From NCBI GenBank assembly GCA_000934665.2, contig KZ537984.1, positions 248,001-312,000 of the forward strand: a stretch of DNA of 64,000 nucleotides, given 5' to 3'. How positions within the stretch are numbered: the stretch's first letter is position 1; every line of letters starts with the position of its first letter. Origin of the DNA: Catajapyx aquilonaris (Eukaryota). Positions 28,109 through 43,100 of this stretch are shown piece by piece. Both the position numbers and the translations under genes were made by a program. The notes below the pieces were generated by a model, which was not told the origin of the DNA, ran no database searches, and worked only from the letters and a program-made list of their open reading frames with translations.

Positions 28109-28597
28109 TTCTTTTGGTAACTACTGTTAAATTTAGACCATAATGAGAAGTAACGCATCAGCCTCACCAGCATCAGCTATTAGTTAGAATAGTTGCCCCT
28201 TAGGTTGTTATCCATGCCACTTTTTTTTACATATCAACTTTTAAAAGGGCAGCACTATTATTTTTTGGGGTGAAAATGTGGCCCACCCGGGGCTGTTTCG
28301 GTACCCAGAAACGCCCTCTCCATCCATGCAGGCCCTGCATCCGCTGCCAACTTTTAGCCATGACGCTATGGGCGATCTATAAATTTTGAAAAAGGTGAAT
28401 GGAAATGCTTCAGGCCAATTTGTTCGTGCTGCTTGGACTGTGCCATGTACGGTTTTTGAAAAAAAAAAAAAATTGCGAGCTTATGAAAATGGAATCAGAT
28501 CAACATTCCGGATCGATGAATTGAGTTCAACCTGACCCACAAAATTCGTACCCATTATTATATTGCCAAAAATTATAAGCAAAGATTGCATTCACAA

Positions 28598-28607
28598 ACA
28601 CCCTGTA
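28598..28607. mobile_element. Solo right-hand TIR remnant ACACCCTGTA
   Basis: Exact match to the 10-nt right end at 59348-59357; no convincing left partner found upstream. Confidence 0.3.
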
Positions 28608-31600
28608 CTATAGAATTTTTAATGGCCATTTCCATGTTATTGGAGTGGGTAGGAAGGAAGCGGGGTTTTTAATCCAGCAATAATTACAGCAGCTGCCCTC
28701 CCGCGTTATTAGGTTAAATTTAAATTGTCTGCAGTCATAATAATTATAGTGTGCAAGTGCGCCTCGATAATAATTATCGATTTGTTCAGTCGTGCGGGTT
28801 AAATTGGAATGCAGCTTTCGTCTGCTAAGGAACGATATGGGCGTATTTTTGATTCATCGGAGCAAATTACCGAGGGCTTTTGTTCCCCTCCCGGATCATT
28901 ATTGACGTTGTCGAGCCTGTATAACTGCGATTATGATGCGAAGGTTCAGGCCCAGCCTTTCCCAATGCCTTTCCCTCCGAATTCTAAATGAAAATGTTCC
29001 TCGGAGACTGGATGGTACCAGAACTTCCAATGGAAAGGGTGGGTGGGTGGGTGGGTTGGAAAGGAGAGAGAGGGAAAGAGAAATTCTCCACTTCTTGGAA
29101 ACATTCAAAGATTACGGGAGAATGAGCACTGCTCTCTTTATTAATAGGCAAGGAATTCCTCAGAAATAATTAAAAAGTTCTGCACTGTGTAATTACAGGG
29201 CTTATCAATGCATTGGCGTCTGAAATTATATTAGCGTTTAAGGTAACATAACTGTACGGAAATTTAAATAACGTATGGCTCTAATACGTCTTATTCATAT
29301 AGCTTGTGACAAACCTAAATGAGTCGTAACTTATATATACGAATTATAATAAAAACACACATATATGTATCTGCAAAAGGGAGTGTAAAAATAAACAATG
29401 TTATTGTTGCAGGTACTGTAATTAGGGATTTATTAAGCTTTGCATACATCAGCTTGTTTAATTATTGGGTTTTGTATGTTCAAAGTAGATTGTAATGTTG
29501 AATTTGCTATATAGAAGAGCGCTGATTGTTCCAATGAATTACAGCAGGATAAACACCTGGCCAATTTTAATATTTTTGATCAGGTGTTCGGCCCAACAAA
29601 TGGTGAAATTAAGCTTAAAGCTTTTAGTTGTTTTTAATTTTTTTATTGGTTAGTTAAAGGTTGTATACAATGTAATACATCATTTGAATAGATCAGCTAG
29701 GATAAAAGGGCAACACCGTGAACCATAACGTTGTATATTAATGTAAGTTGAAATTCAACAAAGATTATTATGATGCAAATGATCTTCTTCATGTGGCCAT
29801 AATGCTGGACAACTTGTGTAATGCATTTTGCAAAAATATCGAAAAAAGTTAACCACGTTGATCTTACAGAATATTCACAAAATAATACTAGTTCATCCTC
29901 CACCCCTGGGAATATGAACTGCTGCAATGAAATGCACGAAGCGTTCTTATGCACTTGGCTTTATCATTTCCGACTCATCATTTTAGCATACGGTGCAAAA
30001 GGCACGTAACTGCATTCCGCAGCCAGCATTAACATAAAGGCAGCAGCAGCATGCGGCAGGTAAAACCGAGCACGTGGAAAGAATAGCAAGCCAAAAAATA
30101 GCTGGGATACATTTCAGCATCATTTCTGTCTCTCTCCCCCCGTCATTCCCAACAATCAACTTAACTCGATCCGCATGATGAGTCGGCCCCAGGAATTTAA
30201 TTGCTTTACGAGGGTTTATGCCTAGCCCGCAAGATATTCCGTGTTGACAATTATAATTTTAGTGAACCATTATATCACGGGGGGACAGCTATCAAATCCT
30301 GATATTTTATGGCAGCGTTTTATGAGCCGAGTTGAAAAGCTCCCCCGCCTGCTATAGGCAACAGGGGCTCCCCCTATTATGATCGTGACGTTTTTATGCT
30401 CTTTCCTTGGCATTAAGGCGTCGTTTAATTCCTTCAGGTGCAAGTCGGGCTCGTTAAAACGGACCCTCTTGAATATATTACTCCGATATGAAGCCCTTGC
30501 GCTATATATTTTCCGCAGCTTTTGCTCCGGATATTGTAAATCAGGAGGTGTCGAGAGGAAGTCGCCTGCCGCCTATTATTAGTCGCACGATCATATTGTT
30601 GATTGGCAGTCTTTACGCTACACTTACATGCTGTACCGGTTTGAAACAATTGGCATCCAACATCAATAACACAAGCAAATATTTGAAGCCCTCTCAATGA
30701 TATAATATTATCAACGAATGTATGTCACTGTGACTATTTAAAATAGCTTTTTGTAATAAGCATATATCGTACATTATATTGGTATGGTGCCAAATAAATT
30801 CATTGAGGAGACCTTCCGCTATACATGGAGGCATCAAGTTCCTTCAAAGCATGATGAACTGCTTCCAAAAAGTAGTCGCAGGTGTCTTAGAAGGAGGCTA
30901 TAAAAAGTGATGAGAACAGCAGCGTGGTGCTCCTTCATCTTTTTTGAAAACTTGCGTAGCGTTATAATAATGAGTAATAAAGTCTGGAAAGGGTCGAAAG
31001 CGAATATAAACAACCTGAAGGTACTTGGGGGTTGATGAGGTCCAATAGTGCTGTGTATATATATATAGGAAAGAAAACTGCTGGGGTGGCTTAGCCTTCT
31101 ATATACACCCGCATATATTGATTTACTTATTGCTGGGAAATATTATAGAAGAGCAGGGGCAGGAGTGATCGTGTTTGATTTTCAAGTGGCGTGATTGGGT
31201 GAAATCGTGCTAAGCGTGCTGGTGATGAAGGAAGAAAAACCGATAGAATGAACTAGAAAAAGAGTCAGGTTTGAGGGGGGGAGAACTGCATGGAAGAAAA
31301 TTAATTATTGTAATCGCTTCAGTTAGGCGTAAGGGCCTCGTTTGGAAGTGTATCATGTGTAATAACGTCTGCGATAATATACTCTACAGTGGATTTCGCA
31401 AGGAGTATAAAAAAACGTGAAATTGAAATGAATCCTGGTGAACCGAGCAAGAAATCCCCAAAGTGGGAGTTATTAGGTGCAGAGTATAGATGCAATGAGC
31501 TGCAGTATCGCATTCCTGGATCTTTGAAAACGGTTCAGTTTCCTCTGAAAATCCAGGCCCAATTATGTGTCAGTCCTTAGGAGTGCATTCCACCGTCGCC

Positions 31601-34600
31601 CCGTTTTCTCGAAAGGGTTTCATTATACGATCCGCCGAGTTTGCATGCTGCGCTGAGAAGAAAGAGAGAGAGGGGGGGCCAACTCGCGAATAATTTCGCC
31701 AATTCTGCCAATTATGAATAGTTAGTTCCCGGTGTTTTCAGGCTAGCTGGACATGTCATGAGACAGGATTTAATCTAGTGGCTGAAAGTGACATTCCCAC
31801 GTAATTGCACACCCCCTCCCCCGTATATGCCTGCAGTACACTTGAGAGGAGAATAGTACTGCTCGCAAGCTATTTTCGTATAAAAGAGAGGAGAGAGAGG
31901 AGAGAGAGAGTTCGATTCTCGTTATGAAAGGGCGGGTCGCAATTAGGTGGTTCCATTCTCCGGGAATAAATGAAATTGGATTGAAAAGTAGGATAATGGA
32001 GCAAAGGAGGTAGAAATGGGAAGTAAATGGGAGTATGTGACAAAGAAAAGTGAGCTGGATGAGTGCCTCAGGCATGAACGATGGGAGATAGACAAAAAGG
32101 GAGCTTTAATACTCATTGGCTCGCATTATGGAGGTAATGGATTCCTTTTCACCCCCTACAAGCCCCATCATTATTTATATCCATTTTTCAGATGCGCAAA
32201 AAAAATTTAAGGGATTAAGGGACGCAAAATCTTGACTCTACAAGAAGGATTACACTGCACTGGTATCGCATGCAAGAGCAGATTCCCACGGATCAACCAT
32301 AGTATGCGTGCCATGTACACCTATTTCTTTCCACACGTACGTAGTATGAGAAAGTGTAGGCGTTCTTGTAAACCGGAGTTTTTTGACTACACCTGTTGGC
32401 CCAGGCCCATCCTTTTCCAGCCTAAAGTTTACTACCACCAGAGGCTAGGTGAAGGACGCCAGCTTCAGTGGACCGTCTTTCCACATTTTTAGTCCAAAAA
32501 ACTCGTACTACCCAACCAGGTGCAGAAAAAACTGGCTCCAGCCGCTTAGACACTTTGGACTCCTCACCAAAAAATAATTTCACTTGCATCCATTGCTTTT
32601 TTTTCGAGCAACCTGACCGAGTTCAATCATTTGATATAGAAAGGAAGAGCAGTGAAAAGGCAGTAACACAGCGTAGAGAGTGGAGTCCGGAAGCCATTCC
32701 TGGGAGTTAACCCTGCAGGTCTTCCTCCAGGAACTGGAAGAAAAAAAAAGAGAGAGAGAAAAGAGCAGGAGTTTCCTGTTTACGAGATTGAGCAGACTGG
32801 AAGCCCCCTGGACAGAGATTGGTCTGGGTAAGGAACCCGCAAGAAGACCCCTGTATCATGACTGTCATTGTCCAAAGGGAAAAAAAGGCAAGCTCCGGTG
32901 ATTTTCTAGGAGTCATTAAATCTTATGGGGGGGGGGGGGCGTCAGCTGGTGCGTGGAAAAACCTTGGTTTGGGTGCATTCAAGGGCGACGGTAGGTGCCT
33001 CTGATTTTTTGGAGGCTTATATTTTTTTTTGCCCTGTACGCCATGGGAAATGAGGCTGAACATCTCGTTCCACTAGTGTTTCCAAGGAGGCGTCGCTCAC
33101 TTCACTCTGCAGATGGGGGTGAAGTACGTGCCCAGACTTGAAATTACTCTGGACTTTGCCCAGTACTTGAGTCCTAAAAAAGTGTTGCTGAACTTGGTGT
33201 ATTGGGATAAAGTTAGACACGGAGAGGCCAGTCCCAATGGGGGGAGAAAATCTAAATGAAATCTTGCAAGATTTTGTAAGTCTTAATTTTCTCGGGAGGA
33301 TTGAGCAACGTGCCTGTCATATTGTCTGCGTGGAAGTAAATCTCGCGGGTAATCTTATTAAGTAAGTGGAAGGATGAATGATGCATTAAATCGAGGCCGA
33401 GAGTTAACCCTTTCCTTGGAGTTTACTGCATACAAATTGGGGTCTGGGTGGATTAATGCAATTAGGTGGAAAGGACGTCTGCACTAGCGTTAATTAGTGT
33501 TGTCTCCTGTTGATTAAGAAGAGCCACGGAGAAGAATAACAAACTTGGCGGTGAAGTGATGGGAGAAAAAAAAATAAAGAGAAAATTATCATAGTGCAAG
33601 GGCAGCTGGAGTGCAAAACTTTGCAAAATTTGACAAGGACACGGGGACCGTGTTGTTGTCAACACTGTGATCGTCTTTTAGAAAATTTTCAGGCCGCGTT
33701 GCATTCAATATGAGCCGTGTCTGCTGAGAAGGGGGGGAAAAAAGGGAAGGCAAGGCAAAAAGGCCCTTTTACGTGCCCTACTCAATCTCTATTTATCGAA
33801 GGATCCGAGAAAGTTTGGTGTATAATTTGCTTCTCCCTCAGTACAAGTTCATCGTAATTGGTATAGTCGGGTTTCGTAATGGGGGAATTTGACGCGGGGT
33901 GAGTGATCAGATCTTGGCCCCGCTTGCTACACCCACGCCTCACGCTAGCGTTACATGTTACAAGCACACCACACTTTTCTGCACCTCTTGGCAGGCAGGA
34001 AGGGGTCTTTGCTCTTCACTGTAAGCAGGGTGACTCCTAGCAAATTCCATCAAAAATCGATGACCAAACACAGGGGGAGTCATAACTTCAGGTCATGAAC
34101 CGGCCATGCACATTCGGACATTCAATGAGTGGTTATTGCACAATGTCACAACACTGAATCCATACGTGCAGGTTTCAGTTTAAATTATTAATTTCTATGT
34201 GCAAATGTGGGGACCGGCCATCTGTAAAATTAGAATTGTGGCAGGTTTTTTAAGGCCAATGTATATAGCCAGCAGTTCTGGCTCATCCTGTACTACAGTA
34301 CTAGAGTAGAACAAAGCAATCTCGTTTTGTTCCTCTTCCGGAAGTGGACAAGGGTTGAAGCACACGTGATTGCAAATCTTCGGTGGCGGCAGCAGCAGAG
34401 CCGGGTTACTCATCCCGAAAATTGACAGGCACGTAATCGACTTTGCCGATATCCTGGAACTTTCGCAATGTAATTACCCTCCTTGGAAACTGGAATGCAC
34501 GACTCTACTTGCTCGTCTTTGGAATACTTGATGCTGCAGCCTCGGCCGCCTGGTCTGATGACCCGATGCCCTTTTGTATCCAAGGGAAAGTCCGACTATA

Positions 34601-36067
34601 CCCGACTATTTGGCTAATGTATATAACCGGATAATGCCGTGTAATAAAGCCTTTACACAATATCACACTCTTTATAAATTTGATATTGTTTGATCAGATT
34701 ATTTCCTGCCTTCCCTACGTGCCCCCATTTTTTGTCTAATAATTGTGCATGATTTATTATTCGTTGTGCTTGATATTTTGCTATTTCTTGGTACAAAAAA
34801 ATCAAATTAATCTTTCAGGAAAATTACAGTAGCGAACAATGGCCTGTCTTTTTTTGTGACCTATCCACCTAGTGGATCATATGCAAAGGCCGCTGACACT
34901 AATTGGAAAGCGTACAGTTTCTGAGGATAATTCCGTTATGGTTTTGGTGCAATATTGCACTAGGCGGTGTATTTGAATTGCATGAAACCGCACCTATTTG
35001 CTCCAGCGGCATGTTTGTAAATAACTTATAGCCTGCTTGTAAGTACAGTATAACATGCTACTTCTATGGCTAAAATTATATGAACAAATTATCATTTATT
35101 TTGTGATTATTTCTCTTTTACGACATGGGTGGGATGTCCAATAATAAATGTATGCCCATAAAAATGACATAATATTGCTAATGAGAGAAATTATCCACGA
35201 CCCGGCTATAACACTGTCTGCACCGGTAATAAAATCTAGACAGGACTTGTCCAAAAACTCGTCCCGGCGGCTGATTTTAACATATTTTTTCCTCACTATA
35301 CATACGTGTATTACAAGTTATTATCGTCAGGATTCACTACATTTTGTAATCCGTGATTTAAACCCGATAAAGAGTCTTTCCTGAACAGATGGCCTCCGAT
35401 AAATTTTAAATCACCGGGACTTTTAATTGCGCCTCGTATAACGAACCGCGTGATTGTAACCGCAAGAAAGTTAAAATGCTCGATGCAAATCGCACTCGCC
35501 GAAATGATAGCCGGGAACAGGTTTTGGCTCAATAATTGGAAAAGCAGCGGTGCCTAACTGTATGTGCATCAGAAGCAGGTCCAGAGGCGCATATATTCCT
35601 GAAAGAATATGCCCAGATCCTCCTCCTCCTCTCATCTGAACCCCTCCCCATCCTCCACCCCCTGAATCAATCTAGACACACGAAGGTGAAAGTGGCGGTT
35701 GCGGAGGAAAAACCAGTTCCGCAACCCTTCATTACAAGAGGCCAGCCCCTGCTTCCATCCACAATCTTCTGAAACCTACCCTTGCCTACCTTACAACCTG
35801 CTGTTCGCCTACCAACCTGCCCTTGTCTCGCTCCGCTTCTTTTCTTTTCCTTCCAGAGAGAGAGAGAAAGGAGGAGGAAGAAGACTATGGTACAAAAAAA
35901 ATACATATCGGCGGTCTTGAAGAGGGACAACAGCAGGCGGACGTCTTCAAGAACCGGAAACCAGGTGGTCACCCTCATCCGACCTTAGTTCCCCCTGCTG
36001 ACACCTAGGCGTGAAGAAGGTGCATTCAAGCAGTGGAAAAGGTTGATGAAGCGAGAATACTATGCGG

Positions 36068-36350
36068 TACAGGGTGGTGCATTCACTCCAATCAGAAGGC
36101 TGAACCGTATTACGTACTATTAGTGATTACTAATAGTCACAAGTACCGCAGTTATTAGTATAGCCCTTTAGTTATTATTAATAATTATTAGTACATTCTA
36201 CTCCTGATTATCCGGGCTAATGAATTCACGAGTGTTGCCGAATAATCGAAAAACACGGATAATAATCGATAAAATGTCCTAGATACAGTAAAAACTAGCT
36301 ATTCACAAATTTTTAATGTACTACTGTACAGTGTAGCTACTATACTTTAT
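36068..36350. mobile_element. Decayed second copy of the 51776 MITE family; right end unresolved
   Basis: Starts TACAGGGTGGTGCA, 14/14 identical to 51776-51789. The interior shares ACGTACTA(A)TTAGT(G/A)AT (36112 vs 51992) and TATTATTAATAAT with the 51776 copy in the same order. No clean right TIR seen, so the end coordinate is approximate. Confidence 0.55.
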
Positions 36351-36898
36351 TACAAAAATATAGTAGGATCATATTGTTAAAATTGTCCTTACATTTCGGA
36401 AATGTACTGTCTCTCGAGTCTGTACATTGTTACTATATACCACTTGAGATTAGGACAAGGGTGTTGGGCCACCCGGTTGTGCCCTTGGAGGTGGGTCACC
36501 CTTTTTTTATATTATTTGATGATTTGAAAAGAGAGGCAGTGCGGTATATGGTGGCTGGTGGCTGATGAAAAGGGTTTCCTCCGAGTCGACGTGTGATCTG
36601 TCTTGAGCGCGGATGAGAAAGAAGCCCGCGTCAAAGTGACATTGCGGTGTCACGGAGGAAAATGGGGCCTCGTCGGGAGGCACCTGAGGAAAACTTGTTG
36701 TGCACGACAGCTTCTAATTTGTCACGCACTAGTAAAAAAATATATGGGGGGAGGGGGGGGGGAGACAGACGCTGGTATAGAAGCTTCTAGTCTCCACCGA
36801 GTTTTGTGGGTTGCTGAAACCGCGTAATGAAGCAAAGAATTGCCGTCATCCGCTATGATGATGTTGCCTGCCGTTACTCCCGGCCACTGCACCTTTCA

Positions 36899-37196
36899 CA
36901 CAGGGTGTGTCAGAAATCCAGGTTGTCCATGCAGTCGCCGGTGGACCGAAACCAGTCGAAAATGTAGATGCCAAATATGTCAAGAAACCAACCAGTAACG
37001 ACCTAGCAACTTGCAATGCGGGTTGCCATGCGTGTCTAAAGGGCACCCTTCCCCTACAATTTAGCCTTATGTTGGGCCAACCTTTGCAACATGGGAAACT
37101 GTCACGATTCATGGCAGCAGCTGCGGCTATATTGTCGTCAACTAGCTGTCAATATAATACCTCCTAGGTGTGTGAACCTTTTCTGGCCACCCTATA
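36899..37196. mobile_element. Degenerate ~300-bp MITE of the TACAGGGTG family
   Basis: Left CACAGGGTGTGTCAGAAA (shares ACAGGGTGTGTCA with 59310-59322); reverse complement of 37180-37196 is TATAGGGTGGCCAGAAA, about 14/18 with one gap. Confidence 0.45.
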
Positions 37197-40100
37197 TCAC
37201 GACCACTTTATTCCGGTGCAGAGACCCAGAACTATGGTCTAGAAGAGCTTTAGTATTATCCTCAGCCACCTTATTTCCAAGGTGTGATCCTGAATGGAGG
37301 CAAAAGTTCTCGACAAGAGAGGTAGTGCCGGAATCCTCTCGTTTATGAAGAAGGGGGGGAACCCTCTTGAGAACCCTGCGAAGAATGGCTGTCACCCATT
37401 TAGAACCGGGCTCTTTTCCTGCTGGTTTTCCGCGGTAAATATCAAGCTGTTGGCATGTCTATTGAGAGGAGCTGGGGCCCCGTGGCAAAAGGTCCGGATT
37501 GCTTTTGGTTGGCTCCGCTGCCTGTTTAGAATGGCATACACGATTAGCCTGATTGGAGCCGTCACCCCCTGGGCTCCAAATGAGATTAAAATGTGCAGGT
37601 TAAACTCGACGGAGGCGGCGCGCATACTGCCTGAACTATTAACGAGATTTGTATTCAGAAGGTGGGCCTAATTCTGTTTCTATTTTTGATCAGGCCTTAT
37701 TGTCGCTCATTTGACGATTCCACACCGATGGAAAGTGAAGACTAATCTCTTTAGTCGGCGGGAGGTTTTCCGCCGCCGGCTTCCTTTCCCAGCCCTGCAC
37801 CGCAATTGACTCGGCATCAGTTTTGAAGCCCTGGCAAACTCGGTCACGGCCATTGGGTTTGCGGCACGACTAATCACATTACGCGTGATTACAAGGCCCA
37901 TGGACTAATAAGATCCCCGCAAATGCTGGGCTTCAAGGGGGTCTGAAAGTAATAATCAGACCAGAACTAAGGCGATTGTGTCGTCTGTTTTGAGGTGACA
38001 CTGCTAATGGACCTGGGGCCGGAAATAAGGCCAACCGGTATTAAACCAGGCTTACATTAAAAACGGGATTTTAAAATTTTTTGACACCTCCAAAGCTTCT
38101 CTAATCGTTTGGTAATGTGTACTTATCGCCATCTGTACTTGTCATGTCCAGTACACGGGGGCAAAAGTATTGGTCGTGGGAATGTCGGCAGCGGTTCCTA
38201 AGCGGTTTTCCTCTCCCTGCCCCTCTTCCCTCCTGAGTGAACTTGTGTTGGGCGAAGCAGATGGCTGTTGGAGAAGAGAGGTGCTCGTTATCATCCCATC
38301 GCCTAAGGAGAGAGAGAGACCCATAGCATCGATCCCCGATCTCGCTATCTTTACCATGTTAGTACTGTAGAGGCCGCGAATAGCCACATCAATCTTCTTC
38401 GCGGTTCTTAAAATCTGACGTAAATACCTCCGGTACGCTAAGGCCAGCGATTTAGACCAAGGAAAAGAAGGCGAATGGCGAGGAAATCCCCAGGGGAATG
38501 GTGCATACATATACGGGGGCCCCACCCCTCTTTCCGTATATAAGAATAACCATCTAACAGCTATTTTTTTCTTTTTCTTCTTCTTCCCTTCCTCGCATCA
38601 CTGGATGATACACGGCCTTCATCCCGATTTTAAATCACGATGTATTAGGCGGAGTGCATCATTTGTTTTCCGCGGAGTTATTGTTCACGCGATTTTAGAG
38701 ATTGTGCTTGGCCTGGATGCTGTGTACATAATGGCGATTGGGTGAATCCTACATTATTTTGTATTACCTGCATTCAAAAGCAGCTTCATGGGGGAAAAAA
38801 ATCTAGTTAGAATGTGCTGTCAACAGATTATGAGATATTTCTCCAGTCTAGCGGATAATCCAGTCATATTTTGTTAATTTCATGTGGTTGCACGCCTTTA
38901 GCTCTTACAATTTGACAATATACATAATTGAATATTTTTCACATTATCTGCAAAATGTGAAGCTCATTTTCTCCTCTTGGTTGAAGTTGCTGCCCGCCAG
39001 CAAAAAAATCGGAGTGTAATCCAAGCTGATGCGCACTTTTTATCCACCGTGTTTGAATCCCTGGCAAAAATTTTTTTGCGAGTATGAAATCAGCGATCTT
39101 GATGAAGTGAGCTCCCATTGAAAGAGTGCACGGGGGTACACAAGGCAACAGATGCGAGCCGTGTATAAGCTGGCAGCTGAGCGGATCCGTTCCCATTACA
39201 AAGGAGCAATAAGCTATTTCTCTTTGTCTCTCTCCCTTCATTTGAAAGGGCAGGAGATAATCCTGTTAAATATTCCTAGATGATCCCGGGCTATGGAAGC
39301 GAATGTAATGCAAAAAGGGGGGGTGAGGTTGGATATATTCCCTTTCCTATGCTCCCCGAGGTGCGCCTGGTTTGCCAAGTACAGAAAGGGAAATTGGCCG
39401 CGATGCAGTGTGAAAAAGAGAGGATCAAACGCTCCCCTGCAGAAGGCTTGACTCAGTTGCGATATTGTATAGGCGATGCCCGCCGGTGAAAGCCGATAGT
39501 GCTCGTTGGCAGATCTTGACTGCTTCTGATTCTGGGCCTTTGAGCCCCAGACCCACACTGTTTCTGTTATTAACCGACCCGCTTTTGAGAGACGCAACTA
39601 CTACAACAACTAGCGTAATAATATTCGACGCAATTAAAAATGATTGCAATGGCTTTGCAGTGTACATGTGCAGCAGCATTAGCTGATTGTCGTAGAACGG
39701 AGGAAGACACTGATTCAGGTTGTCCTGTGCCCCCCCTAGTATGGTGGAAGGCCCCCGGGCAGACGACTAAATCCCGGAATTAGCGGCAGCCGCAACTCAT
39801 CCTCCTCCTCTCAGAGATATATTAAAGTGTCATGAAACGGCTATCACGGGCCCCCCTCTCTTTTCTCTTTCGACCATTTCGGGTACGGGCAACAGCTAGG
39901 GATTTTCCTGGTTCACCGGAGACGTTCCATTAATTGTCGCCGCGAGCTCCCGGAGTCACACGCACTCTCACAGCTTTTGGGAGATCCAAACTGGGCGAAT
40001 ATTTATTATGCGTTACCATGATGCGGAATAAAATGCAATGTTGTTAAAATTATTGGCTTAACTGACTCGAACAACTGCAGCGTTGGGATAGGTTGTAACT

Positions 40101-43100
40101 GTTTATTTGGCGTGCAATTATCATAGGTCAGTATTTTTGTTTCGTATACTGTATATGATGGAAGAAAACAGCTGGCAAGTATTTGAATGTAAGACTGCGG
40201 TTTAATTAGCCGTGAGTTAGTGTTATTGACGCTAATGAACGTTACATAGGTACAGTACCTTGCAATAACAAATGGGATTCGCTCTACTGCTTCCGTATTT
40301 ACTTGAGGTAGGCCAGGGCACTGTACATATTGGTAGGGTATGTTCAGCCTCGGGCTCGTCCATAAAACAAGTGCACTGCGCTTTGTAAATCAGTCTGTTG
40401 AGTCTACAGTGCATTTTGAAAATGCAGACCAATTTTTGCGCTCATAAAAGATATGTACAGACATGTACCGTGAGGTTTGTAATTAAGTTTACTATATACA
40501 TTTGATCAGTGAAAATAACACTAATAATTTCCATCATATTTTCCGAACATGAACTTGGTCCAAGTAAATAATTATGAACCATATTATTAAAAAGTGGATT
40601 ACATTTTACATCACTCTGTAGCTGTACAGTGTAGGCTATACTATTATTGGCAAATTAAACACAAACCTACTCCATATTAACCGACCCTGTCTATGCGCCA
40701 GGTACTCCAAAAATGTTATTGACATTCCGGTTGGCCAGGTTTAAAAATAACAACCCCTCGCAGTATATCAGTCCCTATTAGCAGCTATGGCATCCCTTGT
40801 CACAACTCTCCACCAACACACACACACACACCCATACTCATGAAATTCAATTTCTATGCGAGATGGAATATTCCGCCCTGGGCCTGGATAAACCGAGGCA
40901 AGATCCGAGTGGCCCCCTTTTCTTGGAGCGTCTGTTTTCATATTCCCACAAAGATGACATTCCTAGCCACCTGCGGGGCAACCCAGCGCACTACGACAAT
41001 ATTATCATTGTCTGCCATGATACCTCCAACAATTTTCCTGGGCCTTTTAAAATTTAGGCCCAGGCTCAGAGATTGCTAATGCGAAAACCATTCATAAAAG
41101 CAGCAGCAGCAGACTGGCCCGGAATTTTTTTGACTCAGCCAAGATGGAGGTGAATACGGAGCCTGTAATTATGGCGGGGGTGACCTTTATCCCTCTGGAA
41201 AACCAGTCTGCTGAAAGACTGACAAAATATGTGCCACAAGGCTTATGGCTACCAGCCAGGTGTCGTGTATTGCTCTTTAATGCACTGTACGTTCAGCTTG
41301 CTCTCTAAATAATATTAAGTTGTTTTCTCTGAATTTCAACCATTTTTCATGAAAGTTGAAGACATACTCTTTCTGATTGATCTGTTTTCACTCAGTTTCA
41401 GTTAGCTATAATAATACCAATCAAAACAAGTAAAATGCTGAGCTGTGAGTGAAAATTTCAATATGAGTGCTTACGTTTAAATTTTCTAATTTTTCAGTAA
41501 AACATGCAAATATCAGTAGTGTTGCCTCAGGTTACAGTTTTTCCCTCCCAAAAAGTCACTAATGATCATCATATTTTGGCAGCCAAATATTTACTCCCAC
41601 CAAAGTGATTTTCGTAATTGAAATCAATATTAAATGCGTGTACAGCATCGATAGTTTTTGGGCACAACTTTTTTTTCCATCCGCACCTGACTCTTCAACC
41701 ACCTGATGGACACCAGCAGGTTGATGAGCCTCTGTTGTCTGAATTCGCATGTGAATGGCCCTATTGCTGGAGGGGCTCCGGGTCTATTCACCATCTAAAC
41801 CGCAGTGAAAGTGCGCACCGTGCAAGAAACCTTGTTCCAACTCCGGCCTTTACAGAGTGGCCATGTCTGACATTCCCTGAGCCAGAATTGATGAGGACCG
41901 GTGCCAAGAATGTACCCCACAAGAACTGGTGAAATACCTGAAACCCTCTCTGAATGCAATAGTGTGCGCGATAGTGAACCTGGGGATGTGGGCCATTGTC
42001 GAAAACCACTTTTTTTTTCAACCCCTCCTCATCTTCTTTCTTCCATCTTCTCTCGAACAAAAGTGGCCAGAAGGCAGGTACCGGTCCATCGGGAGCAGGA
42101 TTTCTGGCTGCCGGCTCCTCCTCCTTAGATGATGATGGCCTGACGGAACCAGCTCCAAGTCACGATTTACCAATACCGGCCAGCTTGGATGATATGGTGA
42201 AGCAGGGGTGGTCATGCAGAGCGAATGCACGGGAGGGTTTTAAGCTTGAGACTGGGGAGGGAGAAATAACAGTATTGGGGGTGGTGGAAAAGAAGCACAG
42301 TTGCATCCTGAATATCCACCAAAAAGACTAAACACCGGTTGCATGCAAGATACGTGACTTACACAATGTGGGAGGATTTTTCTTTCCACTAATTTCTATG
42401 AGTTCCGCATAGCTTATGGGGGCTTTTGGGTGATCGACCTCTTGGCGAGTTGTCCGGTGCGTCTCGTGGTCAAGCGTATTAATCAAGAAGAAGGCCTTAA
42501 GACACACACACACACAAAAGTGTTTTTTTTGCAAATATCGATCATGCTGCTAAGTAGGAGTCTTCCGGACTTTTATAAATAGTCTTGAATGAAACCTTCG
42601 AAGCGTTCAAAATTGCTCTAAAATATTCTCCCCTTCAGGCTGTGTCAGGACCTCTTTTGCAAAGGTTCCCTCAGTGATTTGTATGAAAGGATCAAGCACC
42701 TCCATTGGGGAATATTCGCCAGAAAAGAATCGATTTCTCTCATCCGCGTGAATTAATGACACAAAGTAACACTTCTTGCACAGCTCACTTATATTAAAAA
42801 GATAACGCACTCCAAACACTTCTAATGATCCCCCACAGATGTTTTCGTTCTCATCAAAGTAAAGTGCTCGTTGTCTAGATGCGATTAAGCGTGGAATTAC
42901 ACTCTTTTCTTGTAACTAATGACGCTTTTTTTTAACAGGCTCTTATATAACAATTTGCGACCACTTCATAATTCTTGAACACTTTTATGTTGCCGTTGGG
43001 GATTGTGTCGAATGCAAAGAGTCTGCTCTTGTAATGTTTCAAATACAGAAATGGCAAAACCTGTTTGAATGACAGTTGCTGAAGGCAACATCGAATTGGG

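Noticed and set aside
31794..38183. Three CGTGGGAA Su(H)/CSL sites (near 31794, 32283, 38176)
   Set aside because: About two are expected by chance in 64 kb on both strands, and none forms a paired site.
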